Shown here piece after piece: positions 9,530-18,914 of a stretch of 59,269 nucleotides of DNA (position 1 is the first letter of the stretch; each line of letters starts with the position of its first letter). The notes beneath the pieces are model-generated. The model worked only from the letters and a program-made list of their open reading frames with translations. It had not been told where the DNA came from and made no database searches. This DNA comes from Planctomycetota bacterium (GTDB lineage Bacteria > Planctomycetota > PLA2 > JAEUHO01), in the NCBI GenBank assembly GCA_050248855.1, contig JBFWRP010000028.1, positions 1-59,269 of the forward strand. Reading direction: 5' to 3'. Made by a program: the position numbers and the translations under genes.

Positions 9530-10978
9530 ATGCCCCTCCCCCCCCGGCGTCGACTCGTGCTCCAGCTGGCCGTCGCAGCGGCACTCGTGGCAGCGGCCGA
9601 CTTCCTGGTGTTCCGGCACGAGGTGGGCGTCAACGTCGCGCTCCTCGTGGCCCTGTTCGCGGCCGGGATGGTCGGGGTGGGCAGCGGCCGTGGCGGGAGC
9701 CGTGCCAGCCGCGTGGCCCTCGGGTGGGTGGCCGCGGTGGTCCTGGTCCTCGTGCTGGAGCCCACCCGTCTGGGGGGCCTGCTCGCGGCCCTCGCGCTGG
9801 GCGTCCTGGCCCTCGCCCGCCGGCACGGGGCGGCCCCGGACCTGGCGGGGTGGCTCCAGAGGCTGTTCTCGCTCGCCCGCCGGTTGCCGCTGCAAGCTCC
9901 CCGCGACGTACGCCACGTGCTGCGACGGGGCGACGGGCAGCCGGGTCGCGGGCCGCTGGCCAAGGGGCTGCGGCGCTGGGGGCCGGCCCTGGGACTGGGG
10001 GTCGTGTTCCTCGCACTGTTCGCGGTGGCCAACCCCGTCCTGGCCTCGTGGCTCGAGGCCGCCGCGCGTCGGCTGGGTCGGGTCTCCGACCTGCTGGACC
10101 CACTGCGCCTCTTGTTCTGGACGCTCGTCGGCGCCCTGGTCTGGGGGCTGCTCAGGACGCGCGCCGACCTGCCGCGCGGCCGGCCGCGACGGCTGGCCGC
10201 GGGCGAGGCGCCCGTGTCCGAGCCCACCCTCGTCCGCGGCTTGCTCGTCGGCAACGCCCTGTTCGCGCTGCAGAACGTGCTCGATGTGCGTCACTTGGTG
10301 TTGGGCGTGCCACTGCCCGCCGACGTGACCCCGGCCGCGTACGCGCGCGAAGGCGCGTGGCCCCTGATGATCGCCACGCTGCTGGCCGCCGGCTTCGTGC
10401 TGGCGGCGTACCGCGATGGCGCGCCTCCACCCGGTCGGAGGGCACGGCGGGGCGTACTCGTGTTCCTCGTCCAGAACGTGGCGCTGACGGCCTTCGCCAT
10501 CACGCGCCTCGTGCACTACGTGGACGCCTACTCGCTCACGCGCTGGCGCGTGGCCGCACTCGCGTGGATGGTCCTGGTCGGCGTGGGCCTCGTGCTCGTC
10601 GCGGTGCGCGTGCTGGTGGGGCGAACGACGCGCTGGCTCGTCAGCGCCAACGCGGTCGCCGCCCTCGGTCTGCTCACGGTCGTTGCCGCGCTGCCCGTCG
10701 ACGCGGCGATCGCCAAGTGGAACGTGGCAACCTGCCGCGAGATGCGCGGGGAAGGCGTGGCCCTGGACGTGGCCTACCTGCACCGCCTCGGCGCAGCGGC
10801 CGCCCCTGCCTGGGTGCGCCTCGCCCGCGAGGCGGGCGACCCGGAGCTGCGCGCGCTAGCGCTACGACGTCGCGAGGAGACGGCCGAGCAGCTGCGGCGG
10901 CAGGTCGGCGCATGGCGCACCTGGACCCTCTACCGCCATGTGGGGTACCGCGCGGCGACCGAAGTCGCCGCCCGGTAG
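9530..10978 (+). CDS. DUF4153/DUF4173-like polytopic membrane protein
   Basis: Multiple TM segments, FxxANP, YAREGA, RL.HYVDAYSLT..R, D..YL. Confidence 0.75.
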   Translation: MPLPPRRRLVLQLAVAAALVAAADFLVFRHEVGVNVALLVALFAAGMVGVGSGRGGSRASRVALGWVAAVVLVLVLEPTRLGGLLAALALGVLALARRHGAAPDLAGWLQRLFSLARRLPLQAPRDVRHVLRRGDGQPGRGPLAKGLRRWGPALGLGVVFLALFAVANPVLASWLEAAARRLGRVSDLLDPLRLLFWTLVGALVWGLLRTRADLPRGRPRRLAAGEAPVSEPTLVRGLLVGNALFALQNVLDVRHLVLGVPLPADVTPAAYAREGAWPLMIATLLAAGFVLAAYRDGAPPPGRRARRGVLVFLVQNVALTAFAITRLVHYVDAYSLTRWRVAALAWMVLVGVGLVLVAVRVLVGRTTRWLVSANAVAALGLLTVVAALPVDAAIAKWNVATCREMRGEGVALDVAYLHRLGAAAAPAWVRLAREAGDPELRALALRRREETAEQLRRQVGAWRTWTLYRHVGYRAATEVAAR

Positions 10979-10983
10979 GTGCA

Positions 10984-11091
10984 TCAGGACCCGGCTCGCT
11001 TGGCGCGCTTCTCCTTGCGCTTGGCGTCCTTCTCCTTGGCGGTGAGCTTGGGCTTGTTGCTCTTGCCCTTGTTGATCTGACCCTTGGCCAT
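10984..11091 (-). CDS. Small basic protein, 35 aa (MAKGQINKGKSNKPKLTAKEKDAKRKEKRAKRAGS)
   Basis: AGGAGG Shine-Dalgarno upstream; all Lys codons are AAG with strong GC3 bias; below the ORF-track cutoff. Confidence 0.7.
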   Translation of the reverse strand: MAKGQINKGKSNKPKLTAKEKDAKRKEKRAKRAGS

Positions 11092-11216
11092 GGCAGCGAC
11101 CTCCTGGGGACCGGTGCCCAGTCAACCTCCGGTCCGCTCCGAATGCACGCCTTTGCGGGGGGGAGGCGTCGGTTGGCGACCTCGTTCGCACTTCGTGGGA
11201 ACAAGGAGGGACGCTC

Positions 11217-11846
11217 ATGCACCCGACACGCGCCTGCTACGCTGGCCTCTCGATGGACGACAGGGAGCTGATCGCCTTGGTGAAGCGCGCGGCGGCGGGG
11301 GACCGCCAGGCCACCGACGAGCTCGTGCGCACGTACATGGAGCGGGTGCGCGATCACGTCAGCCGTCGCGTCGGCCAGCGTCTGCGCCGACGCATCGAGA
11401 CGGAGGACATCCTCCAGTCGAGCCTGGCCCTCGCCGTGCGGGACCTGGAGGGCCGCGACCTCGAGTTCGAGGGCGAGCGCCCGTTCGTGGCGTGGCTGCT
11501 CAAGATCACCGAGCGCAAGATCCAGATGGCGGCGCGCCACCACGGGGCCGGCAAGCGCGCGCTCGACCGCCAGGTCCCGCTGGAGGAGCCCGGCGGCCAC
11601 ATGGCAGGCGCCACGTCCCCCAGCCAGGTGGCGGCGCGCAACGAACGCGCCGAGCGCATCCAGTCGGCCCTGGCCGGCCTGGACCCATCCGATCGCCTGC
11701 TCATCGAGATGCGCATCGTCGACGGCACGACGTTCCGGGAGATCGCCGACCGCCTCGGCGCCGCCACGGAGGACGCCGTGCGCCAGCGCTACGTGCGCCT
11801 GCTGGCCCGCGTCGGACCGGGCCTGAAGGACGCGCTCTCCGACTAG
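11217..11846 (+). CDS. ECF sigma-70 factor (planctomycete-type)
   Basis: AGD..A..EL, LRRRIETEDILQ, F.AWL..I, TSPSQ, region-4 HTH; AAGGAGG RBS. Confidence 0.85.
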   Translation: MHPTRACYAGLSMDDRELIALVKRAAAGDRQATDELVRTYMERVRDHVSRRVGQRLRRRIETEDILQSSLALAVRDLEGRDLEFEGERPFVAWLLKITERKIQMAARHHGAGKRALDRQVPLEEPGGHMAGATSPSQVAARNERAERIQSALAGLDPSDRLLIEMRIVDGTTFREIADRLGAATEDAVRQRYVRLLARVGPGLKDALSD

Positions 11847-12086
11847 GGTCTGTCCGGGAGCGTTCCGTCGCGAGGGCATCGGGGCCGAAGCGAGCCACAG
11901 GCACGACGGGATTCCGGGCCGCAGGCGGTCTCCTGACCGTCAGGGACCTGGGGTCGAGCTGGTCCGAGCGCAGCGAGAGGCCCGGTGGCCGCAGCAGGAT
12001 GTGCTTCCCGACGGACCCGGGCGGGCACGGCGGTGCATGCGCGGCGTTGCGGACGTTGGTAGGGGTAGCCCGTCCTCGGAGCCTCC

Positions 12087-13997
12087 ATGCCCCGCCCCCG
12101 CACGCTGCTTGTGCTCGTGGCCCTCGCCGCGCCGTGGCTGCCCGACGTCCCTCGCGCCGCGGCCCGACCGGAAGCCAGCCACGGGCCCTGGCGCGCCGGG
12201 CCGCACGAGTTCCTGCACTACGCGCTGGACCTGGAGCGCCACGGCTCGGAGGACGATCCCGACCAAGGTCTGCCCGAACCGTTCCGCAGCACGCTGGGCT
12301 TCTTCGGCTACGAGCTGGCGCTCGGGGAGCGGCCGCTGCGGGCGCTGCAGGACGAGGAGTCGCTGCTGCTGCCGTACGTGTTCTGGGCGCCACGGCCCGC
12401 GCTGACTGCGGGCGGCGCGCGCGACATCGCGGAGACGCTCACGCCGTACGGGCGTCAGCACGGGAGCCTGCGAGCGGTCGGCAAGATCAGCGGCCGCGCC
12501 GGCGATGGCGAGGGGCTCGTGCGGCTGCGCGGCGCCGTCGCGTTCGACGTGCGCCCCCACGCCCTGTGGGAGACGGATGCCGGCGGACGGCGCGGCGGCG
12601 GCCTGCTTACGTGGACGTCCACGTTCGACGTCGACGCCGGGCAGCTGGTCGAAGCGCGCTTCGACCTCTCCGTGGATCGCGCAACCGGTGCGACACGACC
12701 CAACGGAAGCGCCGTGCCCTTCGGATCGCGTCTGGTGATGCAGGGGCGCGTGCGCTTCGTGCGTCGCTTCCCCCACCGCTACGCAGGCTTCGAAGCCGAT
12801 GTCGGCAAAGCCATCGATCGCGGTCTGCAGGCGCTTCGCCGGCGTCGCGACCCGGACGGGAGCTGGTCCTCGTCGAGCCCGTACGCCGTCGGCCAGACGG
12901 CTCTTGGCGTGCTCGCGACGACCAAGGGCGGCATCGGACGTACACCCGAGATCGAGCCGAGCGTGGCATGGCTGCTGGAGCACGAGGCCACGACGACGTA
13001 CGAGGCCGGCTTGCTGCTCGCGGCCTTGGAGTCGCTCGCGGCGCCCGTCGCGGAGCTGGGCCGTGGCGAGCGCCGCGCCGATGCGACACACGGGACGCGA
13101 GCCGTCGAGCCACGCGAGCTGGCCGTGGCCGAGCGCACGGTGCGCTTCCTGCTCGAGGCCGGGCACGGCCCCGGCGACGAGGACGCCAGCGGTCCGATGC
13201 CGCGGGGCCGGCCCCGGCGCGCGACCACGGGCAACGACGAGCCGCTGCGCTGGGGCTACCCCGGCGGGCACATGGGTCGGGGACGCCCGCTGCGCGGTGG
13301 CCCCCGCGGGGGCGACCGGGCGGGCTACTGGGACAACAGCAACTCCCAGCTGGCCGTGCTGGGCCTGCACGCGGGGCAGCTGCTGGGCGTGAAGGTGCCG
13401 ACGAGCACGTGGCGACGCGTGATTGCCCACTTCCTCCAGGAGCAGCGCGCCGCGGGCCCGAGCCGACGGGGCTTCGTGCTCGAGGATGCGCACGACGACA
13501 CGCCGCGCTACGGCACGGGGTCCCGCTATGCGCAGGACATCCAGGCGCGGGGCTGGGGCTACTCGTGGCTGGGCAACGACCACGAGCGGCCGGTCACCAG
13601 CACCTACGGCAGCATGACCTGCGCGGGCATCTCCAGCCTGGCCATCGCCGACGGTGCGCTCGCGCGCACGAAGGCGCCGGGCTACGGAGGCGCGGATCGA
13701 CAGCGCGTGCTCGACGCGATCCGCGACGGCTTCGCCTCGCTCGACGAGCAGTGGGCCTCGTGGGGCAACCCCAACCAGGGCCGCTACTACTACCTCTACT
13801 ACCTCTATGGCCTGGAGCGCGCGTCCATGCTCACGGGCGTGCGCTGGATCGGTGACCACGACTGGTACTGGGAAGGTGCGGTCCACCTGCTGCTCATGCA
13901 GGATGACGACGGCACGTGGGAGCGTGACACCGTCGAGACGGCGATGGCCGTCCTCTTCCTCAAGCGCGGGACGCAGGCGGTGATCACGCCGCGCTGA
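12087..13997 (+). CDS. Secreted protein with C-terminal prenyltransferase/terpene-cyclase alpha-alpha toroid-like domain
   Basis: Signal peptide; AIDRGL..L..DGSW, DNSNSQLAVLGL, GSMTCAG, YYLYGLER, HDWY..G...L..Q..DGTW. Confidence 0.75.
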   Translation: MPRPRTLLVLVALAAPWLPDVPRAAARPEASHGPWRAGPHEFLHYALDLERHGSEDDPDQGLPEPFRSTLGFFGYELALGERPLRALQDEESLLLPYVFWAPRPALTAGGARDIAETLTPYGRQHGSLRAVGKISGRAGDGEGLVRLRGAVAFDVRPHALWETDAGGRRGGGLLTWTSTFDVDAGQLVEARFDLSVDRATGATRPNGSAVPFGSRLVMQGRVRFVRRFPHRYAGFEADVGKAIDRGLQALRRRRDPDGSWSSSSPYAVGQTALGVLATTKGGIGRTPEIEPSVAWLLEHEATTTYEAGLLLAALESLAAPVAELGRGERRADATHGTRAVEPRELAVAERTVRFLLEAGHGPGDEDASGPMPRGRPRRATTGNDEPLRWGYPGGHMGRGRPLRGGPRGGDRAGYWDNSNSQLAVLGLHAGQLLGVKVPTSTWRRVIAHFLQEQRAAGPSRRGFVLEDAHDDTPRYGTGSRYAQDIQARGWGYSWLGNDHERPVTSTYGSMTCAGISSLAIADGALARTKAPGYGGADRQRVLDAIRDGFASLDEQWASWGNPNQGRYYYLYYLYGLERASMLTGVRWIGDHDWYWEGAVHLLLMQDDDGTWERDTVETAMAVLFLKRGTQAVITPR

Positions 13998-14005
13998 GAC
14001 GCGGT

Positions 14006-14430
14006 AGGGCTTCGCCGTTGGCATGAAGAGCTGACCCGCAGGGGGCGCGGTTCGCCGACGGGCGGACGTCGCGCCCCCGGATGTGTCTGGACCCTTGCCG
14101 CGGCGCCGCACCGTGAGGGGTGCAGGGGTGGTAGGGACTAGCACCCATGCCGCGAGGGCGGAGCCTGAGCGCACACTCCGCGCGGGAGCGCGGAACCGTA
14201 GCGAGAGCGTCGTCCCTCTACGGGCAACGCAAGGCACATCCGGGACTCACCATGGACCGAGGTAGCAACGTGGGCAAGGTGCCTGACACGTAGGGGTCGC
14301 GATTCGATGCCCAGCGAACGTCGCGCCCCCGGATGTGTCTGGACCCTTGCCGCGGCGCCGCGCAGCGGCAACGTAGGCAAGGTGCCTGACACGTAGGGGG
14401 CGCGGTTCGACGGTCGGCGAACGTCGCACT
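14006..14430. repeat. Modular intergenic repeat cluster A (includes ~103-bp hairpin unit in tandem at 14265 and 14368)
   Basis: GGATGTGTCTGGACCCTTGCCGCGGCGCCGC occurs twice here, again near 59030 and inverted near 36820. CATGCCGCGAGGGCGGAGCCTGAGCGC is shared with the window end. Confidence 0.85.
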
Positions 14431-14528
14431 TCGGGAACCGACCCCCAAGCAGAGCGCGCGGGAGATCGCTCCGCACTCCCGCGCGGACTCGGTGCCCCGA
14501 GGCACAGGTCCCGACACCTCCGCGCGGC

Positions 14529-15932
14529 TCAGACGGCACCCAGGCGCCTCGTCCAAGCGCGGGCTTCGCGGCGCACGTTGGAGGGTGCGGGGCCGCCCAC
14601 GATGCGGCGACGGGCCACGGCGCGATCGGGATCCAGCACGCGGCGCACCGTGGCGTCCAACGCCGGATGCGCACTCGCGTAGTCCGCGTCGGCGAGCGTC
14701 TCGAGGCCCACGCCGCGGCGCTCGGCCTCGCGCACGAGCTGGCCGACCGCCTGGTACGCCTCGCGAAACGGCACGCCGCGCACGACGAGGAAGTCTGCCA
14801 TCTCCGTGGCCAGCATGTAGCCGGCGGGATCCACCACGGCCGCGCGCATGCGCTCCACGTCGAACGTGACGTGGGACAACATGGCGTGCGCCACTTCGAT
14901 CATCTGCAGGACGGCATCCTCGGCCTCGAAGACGGCGGGCTTGTCCTCCTGCAGGTCCTTGGCATAGCCCAGCGGCAGGGCACGCTGGATCTCGAGCAAG
15001 CGGCCCAAGCACCCGCTGACGACGGCGGCCTTCGCGCGCAGAAGCTCGGCGCCGTCGGGATTGCGCTTCTGCGGCATGATCGAGCTGCCGGTGCTGACGC
15101 TGTCGTCCAGTCGCGCGAACCCGAACTCGCGGCTCGTCCAGAGCACGAGGTCGGCGCCGAGCCGCGACAGCGTGGTGGCCGCCGAGGCCAGGTGCGCCAG
15201 CACGAGGACCGCGTCCCGGCGGGACGACACGGCCTCGATGCTGTTGCGGGCAGGCTTCCCCAAGCCCAGCTCGGCCGCCGTCGCCGCCCGGTCCAGGGGA
15301 AACGTGGTGCCTGCCCCCGCCCCGGCGCCCAGCGACGACTCCGGACGCACCGCCAGGAGCGACAGGCGATCCGGATCGAGCATCTCGACCCAGGCCAGCA
15401 GGACGTGGCCGAGCGTGACCGGCTGCGCGCGCTGCAGGTGCGTGTAGTAGGGGACGAGGTCGGAGGCATGCTCCGCCGCGCGCCGGGCCAGCAGCGCCTC
15501 GAGCTCGCGCAGCGCGGTGCCCACGCGGCGACCGAGCGCCATCAGGTAGAGCTTGAGGTCCGTGGCCACTTGGTCGTTGCGGCTGCGGCCGACGTGGAGG
15601 CGCTTGCCGTCCGGGCCGATCAGCTCGGTCAGGCGGCGCTCGACGGCCATGTGGATGTCTTCGTCGTCCGGCCGGGCGACGAAGGTGCCCCCCTCGAGCT
15701 CGGCTGCGACGTGGTCAAGCCCCTTCAGGATCTTCGTCACGGCGCCCGGCGCGAGGATCCCCTGGGCCCCGAGCATGCGTGCGTGGGCCTTCGAGCCCGC
15801 GATGTCTTCCCGCCACAGGCGGCGGTCGACGTCGAAGCTCTTGTTGATGCGGTCCAGTGCCGGATGCACCTGGCCGTGGATGTGGCCGCGCAAGAGGCCG
15901 GCCGTCTTCGCGTCCTTCTTGCGGGCGCTCAC
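14529..15932 (-). CDS. argH: Argininosuccinate lyase
   Basis: EDIH, GRSRNDQVATD, THLQRAQP, STGSSIMPQKRNPD, KDLQEDK; GTG overlaps the argE stop. Confidence 0.95.
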   Translation of the reverse strand: MSARKKDAKTAGLLRGHIHGQVHPALDRINKSFDVDRRLWREDIAGSKAHARMLGAQGILAPGAVTKILKGLDHVAAELEGGTFVARPDDEDIHMAVERRLTELIGPDGKRLHVGRSRNDQVATDLKLYLMALGRRVGTALRELEALLARRAAEHASDLVPYYTHLQRAQPVTLGHVLLAWVEMLDPDRLSLLAVRPESSLGAGAGAGTTFPLDRAATAAELGLGKPARNSIEAVSSRRDAVLVLAHLASAATTLSRLGADLVLWTSREFGFARLDDSVSTGSSIMPQKRNPDGAELLRAKAAVVSGCLGRLLEIQRALPLGYAKDLQEDKPAVFEAEDAVLQMIEVAHAMLSHVTFDVERMRAAVVDPAGYMLATEMADFLVVRGVPFREAYQAVGQLVREAERRGVGLETLADADYASAHPALDATVRRVLDPDRAVARRRIVGGPAPSNVRREARAWTRRLGAV

Positions 15933-16996
15933 GGCTCGTCCCCCAACCACGCGCGCACGAGCGCACCGTAGGTCGTGACGGCGGCATCGACCTGTGCGGC
16001 CGCCACGCTCTCGTCGGGCGCATGGCTCTGCACGCTGGTGCCGGGTCCCAGGACGACGCCCGGGCGATGACGCACGTGGAACAGGTCGGACACGCCCCCG
16101 AAGGCGCGCACGCGCCCCGTGGGGCTGGCCGCCCGGGCCAAGCGCACGATGCGTGCATCCTCGGGGGTCACCACGGGCTGGAAGCGATCGCTCTTGACCA
16201 CCACGCGGCAGGGTACGGTCGCCTTCAGCGCGCTCGCCATGGCCGCGTTGTCGAACGACGGCGTGGGCCGGCCGTCCAGCTCGATCGTGCACGACCCGGG
16301 CAGCACGTTGGGCCGCGTCCCGCCTTGGATCACCGTGGGCTCGAGCGTGGCGGGCCCAAGCAGCTCGTCGCGCCCGCCCAGGTCGATGGCTTCGAGCGCC
16401 GTCAGGACGTGCGCCGCCTTGCGGATGGCGTTGTCGCCCTCCCACGGCCGCGAGGCGTGCGCTTGGCGACCGTCCACCTCGAGCCGCGCACGGAACAGTC
16501 CGCGCTGGCCGCGGCAGACGTCGAGCTCGGTCGGCTCCCCGACCGCGCTCGCGTCGAAGGGCGGCAGCTCGTCGCGACAGGCTTCGATCCCTTCCCCGCC
16601 CGTCTCCTCGTCGCAGACGAAGGCGACGATCACGCGGCCGGCAGCCCGTGTCAGGTCGGCCCGCGCAGCGGCCACGGCCATCGAGGCGACGCTGGCCTTG
16701 GCGTCGTTGGCGCCGCGACCGTGGATGCGTCCGTTCTCGAGCGCGCCGTCCCACGGATCGCGGGTCCAGCCCGGCCCCACGGGCACCACGTCGATGTGCG
16801 TCAGCAGGAGCAGGCCACGCCCCTCGGGGGCCGGGCGGTCCCCGACGCGCTCGGCGAGCACGTTGCGCCCCGAGGTCCACGTGCGCATGCCGGCGTTCTC
16901 GAGCCAGCCGGCGAGGAAGTCCCGGCAGGCATGCTCTTCGCCCGAGACGGACGGGATGCGCACCAAGGCCTGCAGCAGCTCGACGGCCTCGCTCAC
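15929..16996 (-). CDS. argE: M20 deacylase (ArgE-like; N-acyl-ornithine/citrulline deacylase)
   Basis: THIDVV, GRGANDAK, DEETGG, GEPT, HAS.PW, HAPDE; within the arg operon. Confidence 0.85.
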   Translation of the reverse strand: MSEAVELLQALVRIPSVSGEEHACRDFLAGWLENAGMRTWTSGRNVLAERVGDRPAPEGRGLLLLTHIDVVPVGPGWTRDPWDGALENGRIHGRGANDAKASVASMAVAAARADLTRAAGRVIVAFVCDEETGGEGIEACRDELPPFDASAVGEPTELDVCRGQRGLFRARLEVDGRQAHASRPWEGDNAIRKAAHVLTALEAIDLGGRDELLGPATLEPTVIQGGTRPNVLPGSCTIELDGRPTPSFDNAAMASALKATVPCRVVVKSDRFQPVVTPEDARIVRLARAASPTGRVRAFGGVSDLFHVRHRPGVVLGPGTSVQSHAPDESVAAAQVDAAVTTYGALVRAWLGDEP

Positions 16997-17889
16997 GTCG
17001 ACGTCCCATCCTTGTCGATGAGCGTGCCCGACCCCTGGTCGGTGAAGAGCTCGAGCAGCAGGGCGCTCTCCTGGAGGCCGCTCATGATGACCGCCTGCTC
17101 CACGCCTTCGCGTACGGCGCGCAAGAGCGTGGTGACCTTGGGCACCATGCCGCCGGAGATGGTCCCGTTCTCGATCATCGTCTGGACCTCGTCGGCCGTG
17201 GCCCGCGCGAGCAGCGTGGTGGGGTCCTTCGGGTCGCGCAGGATCCCGGGCACGTTCGTCAGCGAAATCAGCTTGTTGGCGCCCATCTTGGCCGCGATGA
17301 CGCTCGCCACCGTGTCCGCGTTGACGTTGAGGACGCGTCCCTCGTCGTCTCCCGCGAGGCTGCTCATCACGGGCACGTAGCCGTTGTTGACCAACAGGTG
17401 GAGCAGGTCGACATCCACCTCGGTGACGTCGCCGACGAACCCGTAGTCCACCATCGTGGTCTCGCCCGTCGTCACGTCGCGGACCTCGGTCGGCGGCCGC
17501 TGGCGCGCCTGCAGGATGTCGCCGTCGACGCCGGACAAGCCGACGGAGCTGACGCCTGCCGCACGCAGCGCGGAGAGGATGTCCACGTTGATCGAGCCCG
17601 CGAAGATCATCTTGGCGATCTTCAGCGTCTCCTCGTCCGTCACGCGGCGACCTTGCACCATGCGTGCCTCGAGGCCCAGGCGCTCGGCCATCTGCGTGGC
17701 CTGCGGGCCGCCGCCGTGGATCACGACGATGCGGATGTTGACGTGCGCGAGGAGGCTGATGTCCTCGGCCAGGCTGCGCAGCGCGTCGGGCTGCGCCGCG
17801 ATTTCCCCGCCCATCTTGACGACGATCGTCTGGCGACGGTAGCGGCGCAGATACGGCAGCGCCTCGCGCAGCAGGCGAACGTCCCTCAT
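16993..17889 (-). CDS. argB: Acetylglutamate kinase
   Basis: EALPYL, VVKMGG, HGGGPQ, GRRVTD, NVNADT, GGMVPK; ATGA overlap with argF'. Confidence 0.92.
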   Translation of the reverse strand: MRDVRLLREALPYLRRYRRQTIVVKMGGEIAAQPDALRSLAEDISLLAHVNIRIVVIHGGGPQATQMAERLGLEARMVQGRRVTDEETLKIAKMIFAGSINVDILSALRAAGVSSVGLSGVDGDILQARQRPPTEVRDVTTGETTMVDYGFVGDVTEVDVDLLHLLVNNGYVPVMSSLAGDDEGRVLNVNADTVASVIAAKMGANKLISLTNVPGILRDPKDPTTLLARATADEVQTMIENGTISGGMVPKVTTLLRAVREGVEQAVIMSGLQESALLLELFTDQGSGTLIDKDGTST

Positions 17890-18914
17890 GGCTCGACTCC
17901 CATCGCGTGGCAGAGCGTGGCCTTCTGCACGTGCAGCCGGTTCTCGGCCTGGTCCAGGACGAGGCTCTGCGGACCGTCCAGCACCTCGTCCGCCACGACG
18001 ACGCCGCGGCGCACGGGCAAGCAGTGCAGGAAGATGCCGTCCTCGGTAGCCGCCATGGTCCGACCGGTCACCGTCCAGGCCGGGTGCGCACGCACGGCCG
18101 CCGCGGCGGCCTCGGGCTGGCCGTAGAGCGCACGCGAGCCCCACGCCTTGGCGTAGACGACGCGCGCGCCGCGCAGCGCCGCGGCCCGATCGTGCGTGAC
18201 GGTGACCGACCCGCCACGGGCCTCGGCCAGGCCGCGGGCCGCCGACAGCGTGGCCGGGTCCAGGTCGAAGCCTTCCGGGTGGGCGACGACCACGTCGTGG
18301 CCGGCGTGGGCGAAGCCGAGGAGCGCCGCGTGCGGAACGGCCAGGGGCAGCGGCTTCACGTGCGGCGCCCAGTGCACGACCACCTTGACGCGCTCGCCGC
18401 CGAAGCGCCGTCGCACCGTCAGGGCATCCGCCAGGCCCTGGTGCGGGTGGTCCATGGCCGACTCGAGGTTGAGGACGGGCACGGTGCTGGCCGTGGCAAT
18501 CGAGCGGATCACCGCGTCGCGCGCGTCCTCCTCGGCATCGGCCAGCGAGGCGAACGCACGCACGCCCACGCCGTCCAGCATCCGGGACAGCACGCCGAAG
18601 CCCTCCTTCACGTGCTCGGCGTGCGGGCCGTCCATGACGACGCCGGCGCGGTGCTCGAGGCTCCAGAGCCCCCCGCCCACCTGCAGGTACACGGCGTGGG
18701 CGCCGAGATCGAACGAGGCCACCTCGAACGCCGTCCGCGTTCGCAGCGAGGCGTTGAAGAACACCATGCCGAAGCGGCGTCCCGCGAGCAACGGCTCGCG
18801 ACCGCGCGGGCCCCGCAGCCGTTCGGCCGCGTCGAGCAGCGCCTCGAAGGTGGCCGACGGGAGCTCGGCGAGCGAGAGCAGGTGGCGGGGCGGCACGGGA
18901 CCGGCGCCGCTCAC
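17886..18914 (-). CDS. argF': N-acyl-ornithine carbamoyltransferase (ArgF', AOTCase/SOTCase type)
   Basis: SLRTR rather than STRTR, MDG..AEH, HPHQ, WAPHVKPLP, HCLPVRR, QAENR. Confidence 0.85.
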   Translation of the reverse strand: MSGAGPVPPRHLLSLAELPSATFEALLDAAERLRGPRGREPLLAGRRFGMVFFNASLRTRTAFEVASFDLGAHAVYLQVGGGLWSLEHRAGVVMDGPHAEHVKEGFGVLSRMLDGVGVRAFASLADAEEDARDAVIRSIATASTVPVLNLESAMDHPHQGLADALTVRRRFGGERVKVVVHWAPHVKPLPLAVPHAALLGFAHAGHDVVVAHPEGFDLDPATLSAARGLAEARGGSVTVTHDRAAALRGARVVYAKAWGSRALYGQPEAAAAAVRAHPAWTVTGRTMAATEDGIFLHCLPVRRGVVVADEVLDGPQSLVLDQAENRLHVQKATLCHAMGVEP

